The notes beneath the pieces are model-generated. The model saw only the letters and a program-made list of their open reading frames with translations. It ran no database searches and had not been told where the DNA came from. Both the position numbers and the translations under genes were made by a program. A stretch of 63,877 bases of DNA, the filler included, from Octopus bimaculoides (Eukaryota), in assembly GCF_001194135.2 (NCBI RefSeq). It is 5 parts of 5 records of this genome, joined end to end, with 100 filler letters (N's around TTAATTAATTAA, not from the genome) between each part and the next. Parts side by side here need not be neighbours in the genome. Positions count along the whole stretch, not along the records: positions 1 to 13,802 come from NC_068997.1; 4 more parts are not named here. One strand, 5' to 3'. Positions 1-11,049 of the stretch are shown here, in pieces. The stretch's first letter is position 1. Every line of letters begins with the position of its first letter.

Positions 1-18
1 ACACACACATATATATAT

Positions 19-210
19 GGAAGAATTCACGAAAAAACAACAGACGAAGACAGGTAGTGTAAACAACAAAGGGGTGTATTAGTATAACTCTCGGGAATAG
101 AGAAAGTCTTTAAACGTTTCGAGCCTACGCTCTTCAACAGAAAGGAACAGAGAAAGAAACAAGGAGAGAAGAAATATATGTGTAGTGGTCAGCGATCTAT
201 CATGGCGAGT
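19..210 (-). mobile_element. Penelope-like element terminal fragment (pseudo-LTR) with minimal hammerhead-like motif
   Basis: The reverse strand at 140-113 reads CTGTTGA-A-GAGC-GTAG-GCTC-GAAA-CGTT, the layout of the minimal hammerheads found in Penelope-like elements. The flanks are (TA)n. Confidence 0.5.
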
Positions 211-903
211 GATAGATATATATATATAATATATATGTATGTGTATGTATTAATCTTACTGAATTTGTTCGTAAGAAGGACGTCCTTGACCCACTGTATA
301 AAACAAGACAGTACTTTAAAATTATTGTAGTGTCCTCTATAAAGCCACGAAACGAGTTAGACTTGATTTTATTAAACCCTTATCAATTATTTATTAGCGA
401 CAATATAACGATACATAATGATGAGCTATTCCTGAAAACTTGAACGCTTATTGATTAATGTATTTACCAATGATACAAATATTAGTAGAACGTTACAGTC
501 AATGATATTTATAAAGACGGTTCCTAAACGATATTATCAGTAGTCATGAAATCATAAAAACAAATCATCAATTTGTTCAAAATACTCCGGCAAGTTTAGC
601 CATTTGGTTTCTTTCAATGATTACTTATCGATATTTATGTACTGGTGTATTCGTGCTATCAATAAATGACGTCAAATAGGTTTGCCTTAATTAAATATAA
701 TGAAAATAGTCATAAAATAATGGTGAAAGTATATACAGTTTGTTAATAGTTAATATAAATGTTAGAATAACAAGCCATTGATGTCTGTTTGAAGTAAAAG
801 AAAGACTCCTATATCTGGTTCCGAAATTTAATCTTGGCATAAATAGCTCCTCCTCTCCTCTCTAACTGTCTATCAATATTTGACTGTAGACATTCAAAAT
901 TTC

Positions 904-940
<37 letters not shown>

Positions 941-942
<2 letters not shown>

Positions 943-1330
943 TAGCAGAGATACCCGGCGTTGCCCGTGTTAGATGTAATGGAAGAATTAGTCTTCTCTG
1001 TTATATTTTCTCTTATGAACTGGAATACCTATGATTCGAATTTCATCAAAATTGCTGATGAGGGTTCTTTCCCTCTTTACACACCGCAAAAAATTCTAAT
1101 CATGACACATGTATCCCATACTACTGATCTTTATGCGCAGATTCCAAAATTCCAGTTTTATGGAAGCTGTTAAAAGGATTTTGCTCCTGAAAAATGGAGG
1201 TCATGGAGCTCTAAAGTGTGGGAGTTAAGGCCCCTATTGGGGTGGGTGTCTTAATATCAACCAGAGAAGTTGAATCGTTGAGAATCTTTTTGACTTGGGT
1301 GTTATACATCAACCGGTAGATACTCTAGCA
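941..1330 (+). mobile_element. possible non-autonomous Helitron-like repeat
   Basis: It begins ACTAGCAGAGATACCCGGCGTTGCCCG directly after (TA)n, a start typical of invertebrate Helitron-like non-autonomous elements. The 3' end is not defined. Confidence 0.3.
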
Positions 1331-1619
1331 TGTCTATTTATTCCAAAGTATTAGAAAGTATTAGAATACATACACATGTAATAGCTATGTGCTACATACA
1401 CATGTACTAATATTACCGAAAAGAGCAAAATATCAGATTGACAGTAGGTTCTAGTTCCTTACGGCCGTTTCTGCCAAGAGGCAACGAAATCCTCCATGCC
1501 ATCTCCATCTCCATCTCCTCAGTGTTCTGCAGGGATGGGCAGATAAAGTTTGGATGATGAATGTGCCTCTAGGCTTCTTCAGAGGGTCTAAGTGTTTAGG
1601 AGGGCTAATACATATAATA

Positions 1620-1621
<2 letters not shown>

Positions 1622-1708
<87 letters not shown>
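1622..1708. repeat. (GT)n microsatellite
   Basis: Directly visible; about 43 units. Confidence 0.98.
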
Positions 1709-1716
<8 letters not shown>

Positions 1717-1790
1717 ATGTGTGTATAAGTCGTTTAAGAGTCCATAAGTCAGGAAAAAATGCACTGGCATAACAATCAGTAGAGTGGGTA

Positions 1791-2071
1791 TATTATCCGA
1801 AGTGTACAGTATTATATATCCTTTACGGCCGATCTTACCGATAGCTTTTGCGTTAGGGATTCGACGGAGTGTTAGGTAATAATCCGATTATGTAATCCTG
1901 CGCTTATCGAAGGCAGTCTTTATAACTGCTGATTAGCGCAGTTATAACGGCTACCTCTGATGAGCGCAGGATTACATAATCAAATTGTTACCTAACACTC
2001 CGTCGTGCCCCTAGCGTGAAACCGATTGGTAAGATCGGCCGTAAAGGATATATATAATACTTCGGATAATA
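1791..2071. mobile_element. ~280-bp imperfect palindrome (foldback element, or inverted pseudo-LTR pair)
   Basis: Nested inverted pairs: TATTATCCGAAGT/ACTTCGGATAATA, TATCCTTTACGGCCGATCTTACC/GGTAAGATCGGCCGTAAAGGATA, CGACGGAGTGTTAGGTAA/TTACCTAACACTCCGTCG, GATTATGTAATCCTGCGC/GCGCAGGATTACATAATC, and TTATAACTGC/GCAGTTATAA at the centre. TA flanks on both sides. Confidence 0.9.
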
Positions 2072-2418
2072 TATATATATATATATAGCATACACTACAC
2101 ACACACACACACAGCGAAAGAGAAAACACCTATGCTGAGCTACAAAGGAATTTATAGCTACCCTACTTGGATTATAAGTTCAGCTTTATATCCGTAATTA
2201 CTGGGGCACTAGGATATGTGACACACTGCCTAAACCAGAAAGGAGAAAGTTAATTTGAAAATTATAGATATATGCCATCAATGGAACTGTCAAAATGTGC
2301 AAAACTTTCCAGAAGTTTAGTATCTAAGTATATAAGCGCATGTCTAGACATGCAGCTACATGTGAAGACATTCATAAAATAAAACATACAAGTTTACACA
2401 TGCACCGATTCCAAATAT

Positions 2419-2634
2419 CCTTTTCTACTCTAGGCAACAAGGCCCGATATTTTTGAGGAGGGGCCAGTTGATTAGATCGAGCCAGTACGCAACTGGTACT
2501 TAATTTATCGACCCCCGAAAGGATGAAAGGCAAAGTCGACCTCGGCGGAATTTGAACTCAGAACGTAAAGATGGACGAAATACCGCCAAGCAGTTTACCC
2601 GGCGCTGCTAACGATTCTGCCAGCTCGCCGCCTT
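2419..2634 (-). mobile_element. tRNA-head SINE, family A, full length with 15-bp TSD
   Basis: Reverse strand has the head AAGGCGGCGAGCTGGCAGAATCGTTAGC, a B-box-like GTTCTGAGTTCAAATTCC and the core GCCTTTCATCCTTTCGGGG..GTCGATAAATTAAGTACCAG. The TSD ACCGATTCCAAATAT is at 2404-2418 and 2635-2649. Confidence 0.9.
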
Positions 2635-3039
2635 ACCGATTCCAAATATTGAACACACACACATGCACAAATACTCTGTTGATATCGTTCAGACTGCAAT
2701 GACTGAACCTTGAATCAAAGTTAGAAACCGGTTCGTTCTCTGTTGGAAAAAAATCTAGAAATACAAGTGAATAACATACATACATACATACATACATAAT
2801 ACATACACATATATATAAATTCTACATTCAAAGTTGCCTTGTATACAAAACATACATGAAGCAGTCTATATACACATATATATATTCAAGGTCATCGCTT
2901 CTATACACATATATACATGCCACAAATACACACAGATACGCACATAATTTCACACAGACACACAGAGGTACACACACAAGCACGCACACACACACATACA
3001 CACATGTACAACCATCTCGCACTTATCTAATCTCTTTCT

Positions 3040-3072
<33 letters not shown>

Positions 3073-3994
3073 TGCTCATACACACGCGCGTGCGCGTATG
3101 TCAAAAATATGACTATGTTAGAGTTTAATAACTTTTTGATCATGAAATTTTCATATATGCTTATTAATCCCTTTGTGTCCATTTGGAGCAATTGCTTTGC
3201 TGGGTACGTTACTTCAGTAGCGTTTTAAGATCTTAGTAGTTCACAGTTTTTGTTACCTGGATGAAACATTATTCGCAAAATAAACCAGGAAATTTACCAA
3301 GAGACGTTGTATGCATTTAAAATCAAACTGTTTTTTTTCACAATTTTATCAGTTTAACTGTATTTCTAATATCATTTGAAACTTAAGGCAAAGCGCACGA
3401 ACAACACGCTTTTATCATTATTTCATTCTGATGATGAGACTGAGAAGATCCTGAATGTTAATAAATTAATTAATTTAATGATGTTATCGCTCTAAATTAA
3501 ATACAAAGGATTAATGAAGAAATATGAAAAATTCTTATTTAATATGTTCAAACTAGAACAAAGTCGGGTCTTTAATATGCCGGGAAGAAAAGCTGGTCTC
3601 TACGTACACAACATCGATGACACATAAAAACACTGTCGTTGCACACGATATAATTCATAAGCACACATATGGATATATAGGTACACGTAGCCAGAAACTC
3701 ACATGGGACAAAACAGCGTAATATCTAAATAATCGGAGAAATTATTAAAATGATTCGAAGATAATCTGTCGCTTTGTACCTCCCGATTATTCCTCCATGA
3801 AATTTTGCTTATAAAAGAAGAAAAGGTTTGTAAACGGGACGGATCTATTTATTAAGGCTTCTGACAAGTCAAATTATTTTTCAGAAACACACAAAACTCA
3901 ACTCATTCGCTGGAATTTCGGAATAAGCACACCACTGAATCGACCGGAACATTCGTTTTTTATTTGTTTTTGGTTTTATCTTTTATTTGTTTCA

Positions 3995-4403
3995 ATTTTT
4001 AGTTATTAACATTCTTCAAGGCAGTGCTCCAGCATGAGCCATCGCCTTGAAGAATTTTACTCGAATGAATCGATCCCAGTACTTATTTAAAAAAAAAAGA
4101 AAGACTGGTACTTATCCTATCGGTCTTTTTTGCCGAACCTCTAAGTTACAGGGATGTAAACATACCAACACCACTTGTCAAGTGGTGGTGGGAGACAAGC
4201 ACAGACTCAAAGACACACACACACAGATAGATAGATAAATAGATAGATAGATACGACGGTCTTCTTCCAGTTTCCGTCTACCAAATCCACTCACAATTTT
4301 GGTCAGCCCAAGGCTTTAGTAGAAGACACTTGCCCAAGGTGCCAGGCAGTGGGATTGAATCCGAACCCATGGAGTTGTAAAGCAAGCTTCTTACCACACA
4401 GCT
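3995..4403 (-). mobile_element. tRNA-head SINE, family B (internal microsatellite)
   Basis: Matches the 44478-44855 copy in reverse: head, CCTTGGGCAAGTGTCTTCTAC, internal (CA)/(GATA) repeat and the GTGCTCCAGCATG tail. Confidence 0.85.
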
Positions 4404-4766
4404 ACGTATATTTATTCAATGCGTTTAGATTATTTCTCCTTTACTTCGAAAAAAATTTTACCGAAAAGGTAAACTTGAGGATATTTAAGCAATACAAAGA
4501 ATGTTTGAAAGTGGAAGTAATTTTTAATAGAATAAAGTGAAAGGTCAGAGCTGAACAAATTCAAATATCATGAGAAATGAAAATAAACAGGATTAACTGA
4601 CTTTTTTCACCGAATTCCAGACGATTTATTTGTAAAATATTTTTTAAAATGCTTTAATCATTTGTAAACAGCAATTCTAGATCAGACGATAAGAATCAAT
4701 TGGCTGGCACAAATAAAATAGCAAGTTTCTATTTTAGTGAAACTTGTTCACATCATAACGTGTTTT

Positions 4767-4987
4767 AGAGCGGCGAGCTGACGGAATTGTTACCGTTCCG
4801 GAAAAAATGCTAAGCGACATTTCTTCGGACTTTACGTTCTGAGTTCAAATGCCATCGGAGTCGACTTTACCTTTTATCTTTTAGAGGGTCGATAAAATAA
4901 GTACCAGTTGAACACTGGGTCCATGTAATCGACTTACCCAACTCGCACGAAATTGCTGGCTTCGTGCCAAAATTTGAAACCAGTATT
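4767..4987 (+). mobile_element. SINE family A
   Basis: Collinear with 2419-2634. A probable TSD ATAACGTGTT lies on both flanks. Confidence 0.85.
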
Positions 4988-5619
4988 ATAACGTGTTATG
5001 ACATAATTAAAGATTATTGAAAGAAAACCAGATCTTTCGATATTGGTGCGTAAAATGGCTGACAAAAGTTTAGCTGATTAGACATAACTGTTCGTAACTC
5101 ATTAATTTACCATCAGTTCTGCATATTCCTTTACAGAGACTGATTGACATATTAACCATAAAAAAATGCAAATTCAACAATTAATCTTTCTAGTTAAGAA
5201 AGACGCAGAAACAGGGCTAACGTTGTCCTATGTTTTCTTGTTTCTTTTTTTCTTGTGACTTTTTTTTACCAGGATCCCAATCACACACCGCTCTACGGCG
5301 ACCATAATCGATACCTATCATTTGACATATGAAAACAATTACCTGATTGTGGTCTCTCATTTATGATTTGCAGCAACGTTCCCTGATAGCTTGTTATTAT
5401 TGTGGTTGTTGTTAAGATTCGCACTACTTTGGTGAAGCCGACTTTTGGCACGTAAGCAGTTTAGAATATCATACAATGTATTGCAGTGGAATACAAGATA
5501 ACCGTACAATTATGTCGTTTCCCCCACTGTCTAGCGCCAAAGATACCGCCACCAAACATGATCGTGACCATCATGTCTTTTGTATATCTGGCACTGTATT
5601 GTACACTATCTTTTCCTTT

Positions 5620-5620
<1 letters not shown>

Positions 5621-5679
<59 letters not shown>

Positions 5680-5692
5680 TTATCTATCTATC
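5621..5692. repeat. (TATC)n microsatellite
   Basis: Directly visible. Confidence 0.97.
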
Positions 5693-6419
5693 GTATATAT
5701 CGATATATTGGACAGAAGTTCAATCTCTCCCTGCAAATTTTCTCTTAAATCCTGTGTTCCCGTGAAGTCATCGGCTTTCCGTCGTAGGGCGACGTTGACC
5801 GTTCATTTTCAGAAATCATCTCTGGCAGTTTCTTCGCATGTCGACTACAAGCCTGCTCATAATCTACAGCAGCAATGACATCTGCTACTGGTAGAGTTAC
5901 TTGACGCAACGATAAGTGGCGCCCCTCATGTGCTTTTTTGTATTCTCTCTTCAACGGCAGGAACTATTAGCTTCAGCGATCGGTATCATTCATTGCACCG
6001 CTAGGCCTTCTCCTCTCAGGTGTCTGGGGAGATGCTGGGGTTATTCATTTGTCCCTTCAGTACATACCTGTATCGCAACCTCTGACCATCACGGCTCATC
6101 TCTCTCCGACGCAGTTCGGCGTAAAAATAGGGGGTTGGGAAAGACGTCGACAGCAGGACGTTGGATAACTGATAAGGCGGAGAAGTCCTAGACTAACGGC
6201 TTGAAGTTTATTGCGGCCCAGTGGAAGATTTAAATTATCAGACACTGGTCGGTGTCAACTAGCAATTGAGCTGCAACTGCCTTAGTCACGACGTCAACTG
6301 CCTTATTCACTGTTTAAAACATTTTTCTTTTGTTCTCGAGAAGACAACATTTACAAATCAAATGAAACCCACGCCATGTACTTTGTATCAGCGTTTCCAG
6401 TATAATACATTTTAATCTT

Positions 6420-6605
6420 AGTGTTTCAAATGTTAGAGCAAGGCCATCGATTTTAGGGGACTGCGGCATTATTACCTTCCACTATTCGACAGGCACTTAA
6501 TTGTATCGACTTCGAAAGTATGAAAGGCGAAGCCAACCACTGTGGATTTCAAACACAGAAAGTAAAGACGGACAAAATGCCGGCGTGTTAACGCTTCTGC
6601 CTGCT
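6420..6605 (-). mobile_element. SINE family A, degraded
   Basis: GAAAGTATGAAAGGCGAAG..GGATTTCAAACACAGAAAGTAAAGACGGAC..GGCGTGTTAACGCTTCTGCC aligns to the family A reverse complement. Confidence 0.7.
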
Positions 6606-6834
6606 TGTCACTTTTGCGGTATGAAATATTACCAAGCTGTCTCACACAACCATTATAACCAAAAAATTACAGATAAATTGAATTTCTGAGCGTTTCGTCT
6701 TACACAGACATATACTGATGCTGTGTCTCTTCTTCCCCCTCTCACCATTTTATAAATAAACAAACTTACCTCCCCGCCCCAAGTTGTTTGAAATATACTC
6801 TTTATTAATCTATTCATTGGTTTTTCTCCATTAG

Positions 6835-6925
6835 AAGCTGAGAACAACGGAGAACATATTTTTGGTAAACCTGGCCCTTGCTGATTTATTTGTTTCGAGT
6901 TTTGTGAATATATTTAGCCTTGTAG
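6835..6925 (+). CDS. class A GPCR (melatonin-receptor-like), exon encoding ICL1-TM2
   Basis: Acceptor TTTTTCTCCATTAG and donor G|GTAAGC. Translates as KLRTTENIFLVNLALADLFVSSFVNIFSLV(G), with the TM2 LAxAD motif. Ends in phase 1, which matches the next exon. Confidence 0.9.
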
Positions 6926-6989
6926 GTAAGCAGGACATAGTGTTTTTGATTGTCGAGCTATATCTGTGTATATATATATCAGTCTTTTA

Positions 6990-7030
6990 TCAGAGTTTAA
7001 CTTTTTTGTCAGAGATGTACAAATATGATG

Positions 7031-7062
<32 letters not shown>

Positions 7063-7641
7063 TGTATGTATGTATGTGTGTATGTATGTGTGTATGTGTG
7101 TATGTATGTATGTATGTATGTATGTATGTGTGTATGTATGTGTGTGTATGTATGTACGTATGTATGTGTGTATGTATGTACGTATGTCATTATTCAGTTT
7201 ATTTCAAGATTTCTTGCCAATAGAGAAAGAACCGATTTCTAACCTAGATACACGGTACCTTCATTGGAATTTGAACACCACCAACACGGTATATATGTCA
7301 ACGTATATGTATGTATGTATGTATGTATGTATGAATGTATGTATGNNNNNNNNNNNNNNNNNNNNNNNNNNNNNTATGTATGTATGTATGTATGTATGTA
7401 TGTATGTATGTATGTATGTGTGTATGTATGTGTGTATGTGTGTATGTATGTATGTATGTATGTATGTGTGTATGTATGTGTGTGTATGTATGTACGTATG
7501 TATGTGTGTATGTATGTACGTATGTCATTATTCAGTTTATTTCAAGATTTCTTGCCAATAGAGAAAGAACCGATTTCTAACCTAGATACACGGTACTTTC
7601 ATTGGAATTTCAATAGCACCAACAGGGTATATATGTCAATG

Positions 7642-7673
<32 letters not shown>

Positions 7674-7724
7674 TGAATGAATGTATGTATGTATGTATGT
7701 ATGTATGTGTGTGTATGTATGTGT
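6990..7724. repeat. (TATG)n/(TG)n microsatellite tract with a duplicated ~340-bp unit on either side of an N gap
   Basis: The unique core at 7186-7300 recurs at 7526-7640. The gap is at 7346-7374. Confidence 0.9.
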
Positions 7725-7756
7725 GCATATTCACATACTTTTACTTGTCATTACAG

Positions 7757-8175
7757 GAGCCGTAGCGGGTGAAGTGTATTTCAAGGACAAGAGAGTCCTT
7801 TGTGTGTTCATTGGCTTTTTCTGTTTGGTCTGCTGCCTGGTTTCTCTCTTCAATATCACAGCCGTGGCCTTCAATCGCTTCATCTTCATATGTCACCATA
7901 ACTACTACCGCGGAATGTTCACTCCGACGAAAAGCTTGATAATAGCGATTTCTCTGTGGGTGTTTGCAGCCATTCTGGAATGTGTAAATTTCATGCCATG
8001 GGGAAACCACGCTTACGACAAGAAGACGCTCACCTGCGTCTGGGATCGAACCGCTAGCCTTGGCAATACCATCTTCATCACCATTCTCGGTATTTCATTA
8101 CCAGTGATGATCACAACGATGAGCTACGTTATGATATTCTACCACTTCTACCAAGCGAAGGAAAGGCTCAATAAG
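7757..8175 (+). CDS. class A GPCR (melatonin-receptor-like), exon encoding ECL1-TM3-TM4-ECL2-TM5
   Basis: Acceptor CTTGTCATTACAG and donor AAG|GTGAG; 419 nt with no stop. Contains TM3 Cys (VLCVF), AFNRFIFICH (NRY-type motif), TM4 Trp, ECL2 WGNHAYDKKTLTCVW and TM5 LP..SY. Confidence 0.95.
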
Positions 8176-8240
8176 GTGAGATCCATCGTTTCTATCCTAT
8201 CAAAATAATGTAAGAATAACTGCTCTCTGCAAAGGCCAAG

Positions 8241-8305
8241 AAGGGCAAAAAGGGCAAAAAGGGCAAAAAGGGCAAAAAGGGCAAAAAGGGCAAAAAGGGC
8301 ACGGG
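8241..8305 (+). repeat. 9-bp minisatellite (GGGCAAAAA)x~7, G-quadruplex-competent
   Basis: GGG tracts start at 8243, 8252, 8261, 8270, 8279, 8288, 8297 and 8303. Confidence 0.9.
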
Positions 8306-8482
8306 AAATCTCTCTGTCTCACTCTTTAAGTAATTCAGCATCAAACATGAGAGTCAGGTTTNNNNNNNNNNNNNNNNNNNNNNNNNNNNNNNNNNNNNNN
8401 NNNNNNNNNNNNNNNNNNNNNNNNNNNNNNNNNNNNNNNNNNNNNNNNNNNNNNNNNNNNNNNNNNNNNNNNNNNNNNNNNN

Positions 8483-8547
<65 letters not shown>

Positions 8548-8724
8548 TGCACGCGCACAATACATATGAAATATTTGAAAGCAAAGATTTCGCATACAAT
8601 TCATAATTTAATTCTGCTCCACAACTGTTTCGGCGATTGTTATACAAGCATTATCATTCGTATAATTCCATTTTTAATATCTAAAAAAAGTATTAAGACG
8701 GAAAGCTAGCTGAATCATTTACAC

Positions 8725-8845
8725 GCCGGACTAAATGATTAGCTGCATTTCGTCCGTCTTTGCGTTTCGGGTTCAAATTACGCCGAGGTCGACTTTGCCT
8801 TTTCTCCTTTCGGGGTCGACAAATTAAGTACCAGTTGCGTACTTT
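8725..8845 (+). mobile_element. SINE family A, partial
   Basis: GCATTTCGTCCGTCTTTGCGTTTCGGGTTCAAATTACGCCGAGGTCGACTTTGCC..GTCGACAAATTAAGTACCAG. Confidence 0.8.
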
Positions 8846-10336
8846 CATTTGTAAAGTGTAAGAAGTATCAGCTTCAGTTAATACTTCACATTCGAGTGAA
8901 AATCTACGAAGTCAGGGAAAGATGAACAACCCAAATTTATCATATGTTTGTGGTTTTCGCAGCAGCGTAGAAAGAGGATTATGTTCGGTGTTATAAGAAT
9001 TAGCTGCCAGTTTCCATGGACAAATCAACGCAAATAAAGCACAAGAGTTCAACCACAACGTGTCATTGGTTTGGGTGCATCGTTACAAAGTTTGTCAACG
9101 TTCTTGGAGAGCAGACAACCAATGGATGACAGTTCGGAGAGAGAATTCAGACAAAAACTGAAAGCTATCATCCATAAAGAAAATTACGAACTTGAGCATT
9201 TGTGCAATGCAAATGGAAGTGATATTTTTCGGTGTGTGTTTCAGAGTAAATCGCAAGTGTCCACCGAAGAAAAGCAGGTATTTGGACATAAAATGCAAAA
9301 AAGGATCACATTAAAATTTAACCATTCCACAACACCACTGGTACGTACTCATAAATTACTGCTCGTCCACATCTAGTAATACACCTAATTTAAGCTGCTT
9401 CAAGATCTACGACAGGATCTCATTTACCATGAAGTACAAACCACAAACAAATCATGGAGGACGTATTTAGTTTACTTTTTATTCAGGTTTCTACAAGAAT
9501 TAGTACCTATCGACCGATTACATTTATCAAGTTTTGGATTCTAGAAACGTATCCTATTTGTTGACAACACGAGGTCATACGGTATACAAGGCGACCAATT
9601 AGAATTGTGAAACCTAGCTGGCCAAGTGGTTGTTTTTATTCCAGAACACCACTTCATAGGTACAGTCGCTCGATCAGGGAATCAAGAAACAATACAAGAA
9701 CTAATATCACCCTAGCGTGTTGCGTGCTGCCGTCGATGAAGAACAATACAGGCAAATGATTGCCATAAATTATCAACTCATTCACAGTTAATGATCGTTT
9801 ATTTATGATCTCTGATTCTTGGAAAAGCATCGAGTCGTTGATTCTACCAGGGAGAATTGGTACATTCTGTAAGCATCTTGTACACGCAAGTAAATCTATC
9901 TCCACTGTTACATCGTGTTTCATTAAACTTCAAGCTTTCTATTTTTGCTGCATAAAACGATTTACGGCGTGATTTTATTTGTAAAATATGAACTTCTAAG
10001 CAAATGTTTGCACCGAATGACCTAAGCACTTCGTAAATGGTTTTCTTTTTCTCATCAAATGATTGCTTCCTTTTTGTTTGGATCAGTTGCCCGAAGAAAA
10101 TACTCCCCACCTCGTTCGCATAATTTTGTTTGCACATACACGCACGTACGGGTGCGCACACACGCACACACGCGCGCACGCACGTTCATTATACATTAAG
10201 AGCCGAAAGACCGCCCTCCGGTTGGTTGTCGGTTAGTCGCTAAATGATTTTGACATATTTGATTCCGGATTTGCGCAAGTTTTCTGCCACGTCTAATTTT
10301 CCTTTGTGTTCTTTCTTCGTTGCTCAATAAATTCAA

Positions 10337-10520
10337 GGCATGACTATAGAAGTGTGCCTCGACGATTTTGTTTCCTCATAACTTTCTACAAATACCTTTC
10401 AGATGATGTAGATTACAATTATATCGGAATTTAAGGTGTAAAGGGAGTTGAGAGGATATTTCACAAATCTCGCCCTTGTTTCTTCATACGTTTTGCTGAT
10501 ATAGATTACAATTATGTAAA
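10337..10520. mobile_element. truncated copy of the GG-ended foldback family (see 40242-40939)
   Basis: Starts GGCATGACT and contains TTTGTTTCCTCATAACTTTCTACAAATACCTTTCAGATGATGTAGATTACAATTATATCGGAATTT. No right arm was found. Confidence 0.7.
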
Positions 10521-11049
10521 AAAACAAACTTTTTAGACCCATGCAATCCCTGCTATTTCTAGTATATTAAACGGCCACGTAGAGGTTCGGTCATTCTTGA
10601 GTTTATTTAAAAGAGAGAAATTGAGAATGCTATAAAATAGCGAAAGAAATATGCATTAGATACTCAGAGTTAGCCATTGTATACGTTTTTTATGAAGATT
10701 TCTTGCAGGCGATTTCCTAAAAAAGGTAGAACAGTCCTCAAAATGATTTTTTTAAATTCATAATTGTAATTAGAAAGCTGGGTGGTTTGGCGCATTACTT
10801 AAAAAGAGCAACAAATGTAGAATAAGTCCTGGGGTCGATTTGTTCGACTAAAGGCAGTGCTCCAGCATGGCCACAGTTAAATGACTGAAACAAGTAAAAT
10901 AGTAAAAGTGTATACCAAATTTACCAGAGTTTAGAAGAAGTAGAACAGGTGATTCTCGAATAAATATTTTGAAAAAAAGTATTGGAAAATGATTCCTTAA
11001 AGAGTAAAGTTGTTTAAAGAGTTTTGTTTGCGAAATGTTTTCTAAAACC

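Noticed and set aside
667-674. Second perfect CRE (TGACGTCA)
   Set aside because: No TATA box or exon is nearby, and about one such 8-mer is expected by chance in a window of this size.
4410-4467. Phase-0 donor (AAG|GTAAAC) as the missing GPCR TM1 exon
   Set aside because: The peptide lacks the TM1 GN motif and a full hydrophobic helix, and it begins at a SINE edge.
7025-7680. MYVC/HTHT/IYIY/LSIY-repeat ORFs throughout the window
   Set aside because: They are translations of (TATG)n, (CA)n, (TA)n and (TATC)n microsatellites.
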